A stretch of 64,000 nt of DNA from Azolla caroliniana. Taxonomy: Eukaryota > Plantae > Polypodiophyta. Under the pieces are notes generated by a model. The model saw only the letters and a program-made list of their open reading frames with translations. It was not told the origin of the DNA and did no database searches. The position numbers and the translations under genes are program-made. Positions 25,901 to 40,500 of this stretch are shown in pieces. How positions within the stretch are numbered: the stretch's first letter is position 1; every line of letters begins with the position of its first letter. The stretch lies in assembly GCA_043228905.1 (NCBI GenBank), contig JBHGNT010000082.1, forward strand, positions 36,832 through 100,831, written 5' to 3'.

Positions 25901-28900
25901 ATTTCCTCATGTCTTACGACGTGAGTTTCAAAATCTTGATTTTTAAATTCTATATCAAAGCTAGCGTTGTTAGCTTCGATTCGCATGTTTGAACAGAGAA
26001 ATCGGATATCACACGTGCCAGATTTGACCAGTTTAATTTACTCACTCGCTCTTCTCAACTCCCTCCTCAAATATGCTAATTTCCTCATGTCTCTCGACCT
26101 GAGTTTCAAAATCTCGATTTTTTAATTCTATGTCATAGCTAGCCTTGTTAGCTTCGATTCGCATGTTTGAACACAGAAATCCGATATCACACGAGCCAGG
26201 TATGACCATTTTAATTTACTCACTCGCTCTTCTCAACTCCCTCCTCCAACATGCTAATTTCCTCATGTCTTTCGACGTCAGTTTCAAAATCTCAATTTTT
26301 TAATTCTATGTCATAGCTAGCCTTGTTAGCTTCGATTCGCATGTTTGAACACAGAAATCCGATATCACACGAGCCAGGTATGAACATTTTAATTTACTCA
26401 CTAGCTCTTCTCAACTCCCTCCTCAAATATTGTAATTTCTTCATGTCTCTCGACCTGAGTTTTAAAATCTCGATTATTTAATTCTATATCATAGCTAGCG
26501 TTGTTATCTTCGATTCGCATGTTTGAACACAAAAATCCGATATCACACGTGCCAGGTATGAACATTTTAATTTACTCACTAGCTCTTCTCAACTCCCTCC
26601 TCAAATATTCTAATTTCCTCATGTCGCTCGACCTGAGTTTCAAAATCTCGATTTTTTAATTCTATATCATAGCTAGCGTTGTTAGCTTCGATTCGCATGT
26701 TTGAACAGAGAAATCCGATATCACACAAGCCAGGTATGACCATTTTAATTTACTCACTGGCTCTTCTCAACTCCCTCCTCAAATATGCTAATTTCCTCAT
26801 GTCTCTCGACCTGAGTTTCAAAATCACGATTTTTTAATTCTATATCATAGCTAGCCTTGTTAGTTTCGATTCGCATGTTTGAACACAGAAATCCGATATC
26901 ACACGAGCCAGGTATGACCATTTTAATTTACTCACTGGCTCTTCTCAACTCCCTCCTCAAATATGCTAATTTCCTCATGTCTCTCGACCTGAGTTTCAAA
27001 ATCACGAATTTTTAATTCTATATCATAGCTAGGCTTGTTAGTTTCGATTCGCATGTTTGAACACAGAAATCCGATATCACACGAGCCAGGTATGACCATT
27101 TTAATTTACTCACTCGCTCTTCTCAACTCCCTCCTCCAACATGCTAATTTTCTCATGTCTTTCGACGTCAGTTTCAAAATCTTGATTTTTTAATTCTATA
27201 TCATAGCTAGCCTTGTTAGCTTCGATTTGCATGTTTGAACACAGAAATCCGATATCACACGAGCCAGGTATGACCATTTTAATTTACTCACACGCTCTTC
27301 TCAACTCCCTCCTCAAATATGCTAATTTCGGCATGTCTCTCGACCTGAGTCTCAAAATCTTGATTTTTTAATTCTATATCATAGCTAGCCTTGTTAGTTT
27401 CGATTCGCATGTTTGAACACAGAAATCCGATATCACACGAGCCAGGTATGACCATTTTAATTTACTCACTCGCTCTTCTCAACTCCCTCCTCCAACATGC
27501 TAATTTTCTCATGTCTTTCGACGTCAGTTTCAAAATCTGGATTTTTTAATTCTATATCATAGCTAGCCTTGTTAGCTTCGATTGGCATGTTTGAACACAG
27601 AAATCCGATATCACACGAGCCAGGTATGACCATTTTAATTTACTCACACGCTCTTCTCAACTCCCTCCTCAAATATGCTAATTTCGGCATGTCTCTCGAC
27701 CTGAGTTTCAAAATCTTGATTTTTTAATTCTATATCATAGCTAGCCTTGTTAGTTTCGATTCGCATGTTTGAACACAGAAATCCGATATCACACGAGCCA
27801 GGTATGACCATTTTAATTTACTCACTCGCTCTTCTCAACTCCCTCCTCCAACATGCTAATTTCCTCATGTCTTTCGACGTCAGTTTCAAAATCTTGATTT
27901 TTTAATTCTATATCATAGCTAGCGTTGTTAGCTTCGATTCGCATGTTTGAACACAGAAATCCGATATCACACGAGCCAGGTATGAACATTTTAATTTACT
28001 CACTAGCTCTTCTCAACTCCCTCCTCAAATATTGTAATTTCTTCATGTCTCTCGACCTGAGTTTTAAAATCTCGATTATTTAATTCTATATCATAGCTAG
28101 CGTTGTTATCTTCGATTCGCATGTTTGAACACAAAAATCCGATATCAGACGTCCCAGGTATGAACATTTTAATTTTACTGACTGGCTCTTCTCAACTCCT
28201 TCTTGAAATACGCTAATTTCCTCATGTCTCTCGACCTGAGTTTCAAAATCTCAATTTTTTAATTCTATATCATAGCTAGCGTTGTTAGCTTCGATTCGCA
28301 TGTTTGAACACAAAAATCCGATATCACACGAGCCAGGTATGAACATTTTAATTTACTCACTAGCTCTTCTCAACTCCCTCCTCAAATATTGTAATTTCTT
28401 CATGTCTCTCGACCTGAGTTTCAAAATCTCGATTATTTAATTCTATATCATAGCTAGCGTTGTTATCTTCGATTCGCATGTTTGAACACAAAAATCCGAT
28501 ATCACACGTGCCAGGTCTGAACATTTTAATTTACTGACTGGCTCTTCTCAACTCCTTCTTGAAATATGCTAATTTCCTCATCTCTCTCGACCTGAGTTTC
28601 AAAATCTCGATTTTTTAATTCTATATGATAGCTAGCGTTGTTAGCTTCGATTCGCATGTTTGAACACAAAAATCCGATATCACACGAGCCAGGTATGAAC
28701 ATTTTAATTTACTCACTACCTCTTCTCAACTCCCTCCTCAAATATTGTAATTTCCTCATGTCTTTCGACGTCAGTTTCAAAATCTTGATTTTTTAATTCT
28801 ATATCATAGCTAGCCTTGTTAGCTTCGATTTGCATGTTTGAACACAGAAATCCGATATCACACGAGCCAGGTATGACCATTTTAATTTACTCACTGGCTC

Positions 28901-29859
28901 TTCTCAACTCCCTCTTCAAATATGCTAATTTCGGCATGTCTCTCGACCTGAGTTTCAAAATCTTGATTTTTTAATTCTATATCATAGCTAGCCTTGTTAG
29001 TTTCGATTCGCATGTTTGAACACAGAAATCCGATATCACACGAGCCAGGTATGACCATTTTAATTTACTCACTCGCTCTTCTCAACTCCCTCCTCCAACA
29101 TGCTAATTTCCTCATGTCTTTCGACGTCAGTTTCAAAATCTTGATTTTTTAATTCTATATCATAGCTAGCGTTGTTAGCTTCGATTCGCATGTTTGAACA
29201 CAGAAATCCGATATCACACGAGCCAGGTATGAACATTTTAATTTACTCACTAGCTCTTCTCAACTCCCTCCTCAAATATTGTAATTTCTTCATGTCTCTC
29301 GACCTGAGTTTTAAAATCTCGATTATTTAATTCTATATCATAGCTAGCGTTGTTATCTTCGATTCGCATGTTTGAACACAAAAATCCGATATCAGACGTC
29401 CCAGGTATGAACATTTTAATTTACTGACTGGCTCTTCTCAACTCCTTCTTGAAATACGCTAATTTCCTCATGTCTCTCGACCTGAGTTTCAAAATCTCAA
29501 TTTTTTAATTCTATATCATAGCTAGCGTTGTTAGCTTCGATTCGCATGTTTGAACACAAAAATCCGATATCACACGAGCCAGGTATGAACATTTTAATTT
29601 ACTCACTAGCTCTTCTCAACTCCCTCCTCAAATATTGTAATTTCTTCATGTCTCTCGACCTGAGTTTCAAAATCTCGATTATTTAATTCTATATCATAGC
29701 TAGCGTTGTTATCTTCGATTCGCATGTTTGAACACAAAAATCCGATATCACACGTGCCAGGTCTGAACATTTTAATTTACTGACTGGCTCTTCTCAACTC
29801 CTTCTTGAAATATGCTAATTTCCTCATGTCTCTCGACCTGAGTTTCAAAATCTCGATTT

Positions 29860-32800
29860 TTTAATTCTATATGATAGCTAGCGTTGTTAGCTTCGATTCG
29901 CATGTTTGAACACAAAAATCCGATATCACACGAGCCAGGTATGAACATTTTAATTTACTCACTAGCTCTTCTCAACTCCCTCCTCAAATATTCTAATTTC
30001 CTCATGTCTTTCGACGTGAGTTTCAAAATCTTGATTTTTAAATTCTATATCAAAGCTAGCGTTGTTAGCTTCGATTCGCATGTTTGAACAGAGAAATCGG
30101 ATATCACACGTGCCAGGTTTGACCAGTTTAATTTACTCACTCGCTCTTCTCAACTCCCTCCTCAAATATGCTAATTTCCTCATGTCTCTCGACCTGAGTT
30201 TCAAAATCTCGATTTTTTAATTCTATGTCATAGCTAGCCTTGTTAGCTTCGATTCGCATGTTTGAACACAGAAATCCGATATCACACGAGCCAGGTATGA
30301 CCATTTTAATTTACTCACTCGCTCTTCTCAACTCCCTCCTCCAACATGCTAATTTCCTCATGTCTTTCGACGTCAGTTTCAAAATCTCAATTTTTTAATT
30401 CTATGTCATAGCTAGCCTTGTTAGCTTCGATTCGCATGTTTGAACACAAAAATCCGATATCACACGAGCCAGGTATGAACATTTTAATTTACTCACTAGC
30501 TCTTCTCAACTCCCTCCTCAAATATTGTAATTTCTTCATGTCTCTCGACCTGAGTTTTAAAATCTCGATTATTTAATTCTATATCATAGCTAGCGTTGTT
30601 ATCTTCGATTCGCATGTTTGAACACAAAAATCCGATATCACACGTGCCAGGTATGAACATTTTAATTTACTCACTAGCTCTTCTCAACTCCCTCCTCAAA
30701 TATTCTAATTTCCTCATGTCGCTCGACCTGAGTTTCAAAATCTCGATTTTTTAATTCTATATCATAGCTAGCGTTGTTAGCTTCGATTCGCATGTTTGAA
30801 CAGAGAAATCCGATATCACACAAGCCAGGTATGACCATTTTAATTTACTCACTGGCTCTTCTCAACTCCCTCCTCAAATATGCTAATTTCCTCATGTCTC
30901 TCGACCTGAGTTTCAAAATCACGATTTTTTAATTCTATATCATAGCTAGCCTTGTTAGTTTCGATTCGCATGTTTGAACACAGAAATCCGATATCACACG
31001 AGCCAGGTATGACCATTTTAATTTACTCACTGGCTCTTCTCAACTCCCTCCTCAAATATGCTAATTTCCTCATGTCTCTCGACCTGAGTTTCAAAATCAC
31101 GAATTTTTAATTCTATATCATAGCTAGGCTTGTTAGTTTCGATTCGCATGTTTGAACACAGAAATCCGATATCACACGAGCCAGGTATGACCATTTTAAT
31201 TTACTCACTCGCTCTTCTCAACTCCCTCCTCCAACATGCTAATTTTCTCATGTCTTTCGACGTCAGTTTCAAAATCTTGATTTTTTAATTCTATATCATA
31301 GCTAGCCTTGTTAGCTTCGATTTGCATGTTTGAACACAGAAATCCGATATCACACGAGCCAGGTATGACCATTTTAATTTACTCACTGGCTCTTCTCAAC
31401 TCCCTCCTCAAATATGCTAATTTCGGCATGTCTCTCGACCTGAGTTTCAAAATCTTGATTTTTTAATTCTATATCATAGCTAGCCTTGTTAGTTTCGATT
31501 CGCATGTTTGAACACAGAAATCCGATATCACACGAGCCAGGTATGATTATTTTAATTTACTCACTCGCTCTTCTCAACTCCCTCCTCCAACATGCTAATT
31601 TCCTCATGTCTTTCGACGTCAGTTTCAAAATCTTGATTTTTTAATTCTATATCATAGCTAGCGTTGTTAGCTTCGATTCGCATGTTTGAACACAGAAATC
31701 CGATATCACACGAGCCAGGTATGAACATTTTAATTTACTCACTAGCTCTTCTCAACTCCCTCCTCAAATATTGTAATTTCTTCATGTCTCTCGACCTGAG
31801 TTTCAAAGTCTCGATTATTTAATTCTATATCATAGCTAGCGTTGTTATCTTCGATTCGCATGTTTGAACACAAAAATCCGATATCACACGTGCCAGGTAT
31901 GAACATTTTAATTTACTCACTAGCTCTTCTCAACTCCCTCCTCAAATATTCTAATTTCCTCATGTCGCTCGACCTGAGTTTCAAAATCTCAATTTTTTAA
32001 TTCTATATCATAGCTAGCGTTGTTAGCTTCGATTCGCATGTTTGAACACAAAAATCCGATATCACACGAGCCAGGTATGAACATTTTAATTTACTCACTA
32101 GCTCTTCTCAACTCCCTCCTCAAATATTGTAATTTCTTCATGTCTCTGGACCTGAGTTTCAAAATCGCGATTATTTAATTCTATATCATAGCTAGCGTTG
32201 TTATCTTCGATTCGCATGTTTGAACACAAAAATCCGATATCACACGTGCCAGGTCTGAACATTTTAATTTACTGACTGGCTCTTCTCAACTCCTTCTTGA
32301 AATATGCTAATTTCCTCATGTCTCTCGACCTGAGTTTCAAAATCTCGATTTTTTAATTCTATATGATAGCTAGCGTTGTTAGCTTCGATTCGCATGTTTG
32401 AACACAAAAATCCGATATCACACGAGCCAGGTATGAACATTTTAATTTACTCACTAGCTCTTCTCAACTCCCTCCTCAAATATTGTAATTTCCTCATGTC
32501 TTTCGACGTCAGTTTCAAAATCTTGATTTTTTAATTCTATATCATAGCTAGCCTTGTTAGCTTCGATTTGCATGTTTGAACACAGAAATCCGATATCACA
32601 CGAGCCAGGTATGACCATTTTAATTTACTCACTGGCTCTTCTCAACTCCCTCCTCAAATATGCTAATTTCGGCATGTCTCTCGACCTGAGTTTCAAAATC
32701 TTGATTTTTTAATTCTATATCATAGCTAGCCTTGTTAGTTTCGATTCGCATGTTTGAACACAGAAATCCGATATCACACCAGCCAGGTATGACCATTTTA

Positions 32801-35800
32801 ATTTACTCACTCGCTCTTCTCAACTCCCTCCTCCAACATGCTAATTTCGTCATGTCTTTCGACGTCAGTTTCAAAATCTTGATTTTTTAATTCTATGTCA
32901 TAGCTAGCCTTGTTAGCTTCGATTCGCATGTTTGAACACAGAAATCCGATATCACACGAGCCAGGTATGAACATTTTAATTTACTCACTAGCTCTTCTCA
33001 ACTCCCTCCTCAAATATTGTAATTTCTTCATGTCTCTCGACCTGAGTTTTAAAATCTCGATTATTTAATTCTATATCATAGCTAGCGTTGTTATCTTCGA
33101 TTCGCATGTTCGAACACAAAAATCCGATATCAGACGTCCCAGGTATGAACATTTTAATTTACTGACTGGCTCTTCTCAACTCCTTCTTGAAATACGCTAA
33201 TTTCCTCATGTCTCTCGACCTGAGTTTCAAAATCTCGATTTTTTAATTCTATATGATAGCTAGCGTTGTTAGCTTCGATTCGCATGTTTGAACACAAAAA
33301 TCCGATATCACACGAGCCAGGTATGAACATTTTAATTTACTCACTAGCTCTTCTCAACTCCCTCCTCAAATATTCTAATTTCCTCATGTCTTTCGACGTG
33401 AGTTTCAAAATCTTGATTTTTAAATTCTATATCAAAGCTAGCGTTGTTAGCTTCGATTCGCATGTTTGAACAGAGAAATCGGATATCACACGTGCCAGGT
33501 TTGACCAGTTTAATTTACTCACTCGCTCTTCTCAACTCCCTCCTCAAATATGCTAATTTCCTCATGTCTCTCGACCTGAGTTTCAAAATCTCGATTTTTT
33601 AATTCTATGTCATAGCTAGCCTTGTTAGCTTCGATTCGCATGTTTGAACACAAAAATCCGATATCACACGAGCCAGGTATGACCATTTTAATTTACTCAC
33701 TCGCTCTTCTCAACTCCTTCCTCCAACATGCTAATTTCCTCATGTCTTTCGACGTCAGTTTCAAAATCTCAATTTTTTAATTCTATGTCATAGCTAGCCT
33801 TGTTAAATTCGATTCGCATGTTTGAACACAAAAATCCGATATCACACGAGCCAGGTATGAACATTTTAATTTACTCACTAGCTCTTCTCAACTCCCTCCT
33901 CAAATATTGTAATTTCTTCATGTCTCTCGACCTGAGTTTTAAAATCTCGATTATTTAATTCTATATCATAGCTAGCGTTGTTATCTTCGATTCGCTTGTT
34001 TGAACACAAAAATCCGATATCACACGTGCCAGGTATGAACATTTTAATTTACTCACTAGCTCTTCTCAACTCCCTCCTCAAATATTCTAATTTCCTCATG
34101 TCGCTCGACCTGAGTTTCAAAATCTCGATTTTTTAATTCTATATCATAGCTAGCGTTGTTAGCTTCGATTCGCATGTTTGAACAGAGAAATCCGATATCA
34201 CACAAGCCAGGTATGACCATTTTAATTTACTCACTGGCTCTTCTCAACTCCCTCCTCAAATATGCTAATTTCCTCATGTCTCTCGACCTGAGTTTCAAAA
34301 TCACGATTTTTTAATTCTATATCATAGCTAGCCTTGTTAGTTTCGATTCGCATGTTTGAACACAGAAATCCGATATCACACGAGCCAGGTATGACCATTT
34401 TAATTTACTCACTGGCTCTTCTCAACTCCCTCCTCAAATATGCTAATTTCCTCATGTCTCTCGACCTGAGTTTCAAAATCACGAATTTTTAATTCTATAT
34501 CATAGCTAGGCTTGTTAGTTTCGATTCGCATGTTTGAACACAGAAATCCGATATCACACGAGCCAGGTATGACCATTTTAATTTACTCACTCGCTCTTCT
34601 CAACTCCCTCCTCCAACATGCTAATTTTCTCATGTCTTTCGACGTCAGTTTCAAAATCTTGATTTTTTAATTCTATATCATAGCTAGCCTTGTTAGCTTC
34701 GATTTGCATGTTTGAACACAGAAATCCGATATCACACGAGCCAGGTATGACCATTTTAATTTACTCACACGCTCTTCTCAACTCCCTCCTCAAATATGCT
34801 AATTTCGGCATGTCTCTCGACCTGAGTTTTAAAATCTTGATTTTTTAATTCTATATCATAGCTAGCCTTGTTAGTTTCGATTCGCATGTTTGAACACAGA
34901 AATCCGATATCACACGAGCGAGGTATGACCATTTTAATTTACTCACTCGCTCTTCTCAACTCCCTCCTCCAACATGCTAATTTCCTCATGTCTTTCGACG
35001 TCAGTTTCAAAATCTTGATTTTTTAATTCTATATCATAGCTAGCGTTGTTATCTTCGATTCGCATGTTTGAACACAGAAATCCGATATCACACGAGCCGG
35101 GTATGAACATTTTAATTTACTCACTAGCTCTTCTCAACTCCCTCCTCAAATATTGTAATTTCTTCATGTCTCTCGACCTGAGTTTTAAAATCTCGATTAT
35201 TTAATTCTATATCATAGCTAGCGTTGTTATCTTCGATTCGCATGTTTGAACACAAAAATCCGATATCAGACGTCCCAGGTATGAACATTTTAATTTACTG
35301 ACTGGCTCTTCTCAACTCCTTCTTGAAATACGCTAATTTCCTCATGTCTCTCGACCTGAGTTTCAAAATCTTAATTTTTTAATTCTATATCATAGCTAGC
35401 GTTGTTAGCTTCCATTCGCATGTTTGAACACAAAAATCCGATATCACACGAGCCAGGTATGAACATTTTAATTTACTCACTAGCTCTTCTCAACTCCCTC
35501 CTCAAATATTGTAATTTCTTCATGTCTCTGGACCTGAGTTTAAAAATCGCGATTATTTAATTCTATATCATAGCTAGCGTTGTTATCTTCGATTCGCATG
35601 TTTGAACACAAAAATCCGATATCACACGTGCCAGGTCTGAACATTTTAATTTACTGACTGGCTCTTCTCAACTCCTTCTTGAAATATGCTAATTTCCTCA
35701 TGTCTCTCGACCTGAGTTTCAAAATCTCGATTTTTTAATTCTATATGATAGCTAGCGTTGTTAGCTTCGATTCGCATGTTTGAACACAAAAATCCGATAT

Positions 35801-36640
35801 CACACGAGCCAGGTATGAACATTTTAATTTACTCACTAGCTCTTCTCAACTCCCTCCTCAAATATTGTAATTTCCTCATGTCTTTCGACGTCAGTTTCAA
35901 AATCTTGATTTTTTAATTCTATATCATAGCTAGCCTTGTTAGCTTCGATTTGCATGTTTGAACACAGAAATCCGATATCACACGAGCCAGGTATGACCAT
36001 TTTAATTTACTCACTGGCTCTTCTCAACTCCCTCCTCAAATATGCTAATTTCGGCATGTCTCTCGACCTGAGTTTCAAAATCTTGATTTTTTAATTCTAT
36101 ATCATAGCTAGCCTTGTTAGTTTCGATTCGCATGTTTGAACACAGAAATCCGATATCACACCAGCCAGGTATGACCATTTTAATTTACTCACTCGCTCTT
36201 CTCAACTCCCTCCTCCAACATGCTAATTTCGTCATGTCTTTCGACGTCAGTTTCAAAATCTTGATTTTTTAATTCTATGTCATAGCTAGCCTTGTTAGCT
36301 TCGATTCGCATGTTTGAACACAGAAATCCGATATCACACGAGCCAGGTATGAACATTTTAATTTACTCACTAGCTCTTCTCAACTCCCTCCTCAAATATT
36401 GTAATTTCTTCATGTCTCTCGACCTGAGTTTTAAAATCTCGATTATTTAATTCTATATCATAGCTAGCGTTGTTATCTTCGATTCGCATGTTCGAACACA
36501 AAAATCCGATATCAGACGTCCCAGGTATGAACATTTTAATTTACTGACTGGCTCTTCTCAACTCCTTCTTGAAATACGCTAATTTCCTCATGTCTCTCGA
36601 CCTGAGTTTCAAAATCTCGATTTTTTAATTCTATATGATA
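29860..36640. repeat. 19-monomer (3,382-bp) imperfect tandem duplication
   Basis: Markers at a 3,382-bp offset: 29884/33266, CAAGCC 30821/34203, TGTCTCTGGA 32141/35523, CCAGCC 32779/36161. Confidence 0.8.
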
Positions 36641-37510
36641 GCTAGCGTCGTTAGCTTCGATTCGCATGTTTGAACACAAAAATCCGATATCACACGAGCC
36701 AGGTATGAACATTTTAATTTACTCACTAGCTCTTCTCAACTCCCTCCTCAAATATTGTAATTTCCTCATGTCTTTCGACGTCAGTTTCAAAATCTTGATT
36801 TTTTAATTCTATATCATAGCTAGCCTTGTTAGCTTCGATTTGCATGTTTGAACACAGAAATCCGATATCACACGAGCCAGGTATGACCATTTTAATTTAC
36901 TCACTGGCTCTTCTCAACTCCCTCCTCAAATATGCTAATTTCGGCATGTCTCTCGACCTGAGTTTCAAAATCTTGATTTTTTAATTCTATATCATAGCTA
37001 GCCTTGTTAGTTTCGATTCGCATGTTTGAACACAGAAATCCGATATCACACCAGCCAGGTATGACCATTTTAATTTACTCACTCGCTCTTCTCAACTCCC
37101 TCCTCCAACATGCTAATTTCGTCATGTCTTTCGACGTCAGTTTCAAAATCTTGATTTTTTAATTCTATGTCATAGCTAGCCTTGTTAGCTTCGATTCGCA
37201 TGTTTGAACACAGAAATCCGATATCACACGAGCCAGGTATGAACATTTTAATTTACTCACTAGCTCTTCTCAACTCCCTCCTCAAATATTGTAATTTCTT
37301 CATGTCTCTCGACCTGAGTTTTAAAATCTCGATTATTTAATTCTATATCATAGCTAGCGTTGTTATCTTCGATTCGCATGTTCGAACACAAAAATCCGAT
37401 ATCAGACGTCCCAGGTATGAACATTTTAATTTACTGACTGGCTCTTCTCAACTCCTTCTTGAAATACGCTAATTTCCTCATGTCTCTCGACCTGAGTTTC
37501 AAAATCTCGA
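35730..37510. repeat. 5-monomer HOR (890 bp), two tandem copies
   Basis: CCAGCCAGG at 36161/37051 and TTCGAACA at 36491/37381. The same cassette occurs once at ~32350-33240. Confidence 0.88.
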
Positions 37511-40500
37511 TTTTTTAATTCTATATGATAGCTAGCGTTGTTAGCTTCGATTCGCATGTTTGAACACAAAAATCCGATATCACACGAGCCAGGTATGAAC
37601 ATTTTAATTTACTCACTAGCTCTTCTCAACTCCCTCCTCAAATATTCTAATTTCCTCATGTCTTTCGACGTGAGTTTCAAAATCTTGATTTTTAAATTCT
37701 ATATCAAAGCTAGCGTTGTTAGCTTCGATTCGCATGTTTGAACAGAGAAATCGGATATCACACGTGCCAGGTTTGACCAGTTTAATTTACTCACTCGCTC
37801 TTCTCAACTCCCTCCTCAAATATGCTAATTTCCTCATGTCTCTCGACCTGAGTTTCAAAATCTCGATTTTTTAATTCTATGTCATAGCTAGCCTTGTTAG
37901 CTTCGATTCGCATGTTTGAACACAAAAATCCGATATCACACGAGCCAGGTATGACCATTTTAATTTACTCACTCGCTCTTCTCAACTCCTTCCTCCAACA
38001 TGCTAATTTCCTCATGTCTTTCGACGTCAGTTTCAAAATCTCAATTTTTTAATTCTATGTCATAGCTAGCCTTGTTAAATTCGATTCGCATGTTTGAACA
38101 CAAAAATCCGATATCACACGAGCCAGGTATGAACATTTTAATTTACTCACTAGCTCTTCTCAACTCCCTCCTCAAATATTGTAATTTCTTCATGTCTCTC
38201 GACCTGAGTTTTAAAATCTCGATTATTTAATTCTATATCATAGCTAGCGTTGTTATCTTCGATTCGCATGTTTGAACACAAAAATCCGATATCACACGTG
38301 CCAGGTATGAACATTTTAATTTACTCACTAGCTCTTCTCAACTCCCTCCTCAAATATTCTAATTTCCTCATGTCGCTCGACCTGAGTTTCAAAATCTCGA
38401 TTTTTTAATTCTATATCATAGCTAGCGTTGTTAGCTTCGATTCGCATGTTTGAATACAAAAATCCGATATCACACGAGCCAGGTATGAACATTTTAATTT
38501 ACTCACTAGCTCTTCTCAACTCCCTCCTCAAATATTGTAATTTCTTCATGTCTCTCGACCTGAGTTTCAAAATCTCGATTATTTAATTCTATATCATAGC
38601 TAGCGTTGTTATCTTCGATTCGCATGTTTGAACACAAAAATCCGATACCACACGTGCCAGGTCTGAACATTTTAATTTACTGACTGGCTCTTCTCAAGTC
38701 CTTCTTGAAATATGCTAATTTCCTCATGTCTCTCGACCTGAGTTTCAAAATCTCGATTTTTTAATTCTATATGATAGCTAGCGTTGTTAGCTTCGATTCG
38801 CATGTTTGAACACAAAAATCCGATATCACACGAGCCAGGTATGAACATTTTAATTTACTCACTAGCTCTTCTCAACTCCCTCCTCAAATATTGTAATTTC
38901 CTCATGTCTTTCGACGTCAGTTTCAAAATCTTGATTTTTTAATTCTATATCATAACTAGCCTTGTTAGCTTCGATTTGCATGTTTGAACACAGAAATCCG
39001 ATATCACACGAGCCAGGTATGACCATTTTAATTTACTCACTGGCTCTTCTCAACTCCCTCCTCAAATATGCTAATTTCGGCATGTCTCTCGACCTGAGTT
39101 TCAAAATCTTGATTTTTTAATTCTATATCATAGCTAGCCTTGTTAGTTTCGATTCGCATGTTTGAACACAGAAATCCGATATCACACGAGCCAGGTATGA
39201 CCATTTTAATTTACTCACTCGCTCTTCTCAACTCCCTCCTCCAACATGCTAATTTCCTCATGTCTTTCGACGTCAGTTTCAAAATCTTGATTTTTTAATT
39301 CTATATCATAGCTAGCGTTGTTAGCTTCGATTCGCATGTTTGAACACAGAAATCCGATATCACACGAGCCAGGTATGAACATTTTAATTTACTCACTAGC
39401 TCTTCTCAACTCCCTCCTCAAATATTGTAATTTCTTCATGTCTCTCGACCTGAGTTTTAAAATCTCGATTATTTAATTCTATATCATAGCTAGCGTTGTT
39501 ATCTTCGATTCGCATGTTTGAACACAAAAATCCGATATCAGACGTCCCAGGTATGAACATTTTAATTTACTGACTGGCTCTTCTCAACTCCTTCTTGAAA
39601 TACGCTAATTTCCTCATGTCTCTCGACCTGAGTTTCAAAATCTCAATTTTTTAATTCTATATCATAGCTAGCGTTGTTAGCTTCGATTCGCATGTTTGAA
39701 CACAAAAATCCGATATCACACGAGCCAGGTATGAACATTTTAATTTACTCACTAGCTCTTCTCAACTCCCTCCTCAAATATTGTAATTTCTTCATGTCTC
39801 TCGACCTGAGTTTCAAAATCTCGATTATTTAATTCTATATCATAGCTAGCGTTGTTATCTTCGATTCGCATGTTTGAACACAAAAATCCGATATCACACG
39901 TGCCAGGTTTGAACATTTTAATTTACTGACTGGCTCTTCTCAACTCCTTCTTGAAATATGCTAATTTCCTCATGTCTCTCGACCTGAGTTTCAAAATTTC
40001 GATTTTTTAATTCTATATGATAGCTAGCGTTGTTAGCTTCGATTCGCATGTTTGAACACAAAAATCCGATATCACACGAGCCAGGTATGAACATTTTAAT
40101 TTACTCACTAGCTCTTCTCAACTCCCTCCTCAAATATTCTAATTTCCTCATGTCTTTCGACGTGAGTTTCAAAATCTTGATTTCTAAATTCTATATCAAA
40201 GCTAGCGTTGTTAGCTTCGATTCGCATGTTTGAACAGAGAAATCGGATATCACACGTGCCAGGTTTGACCAGTTTAATTTACTCACTCGCTCTTCTCAAC
40301 TCCCTCCTCAAATATGCTAATTTCCTCATGTCTCTCGACCTGAGTTTCAAAATCTCGATTTTTTAATTCTATGTCATAGCTAGCCTTGTTAGCTTCGATT
40401 CGCATGTTTGAACACAGAAATCCGATATCACACGAGCCAGGTATGACCATTTTAATTTACTCACTCGCTCTTCTCAACTCCCTCCTCCAACATGCTAATT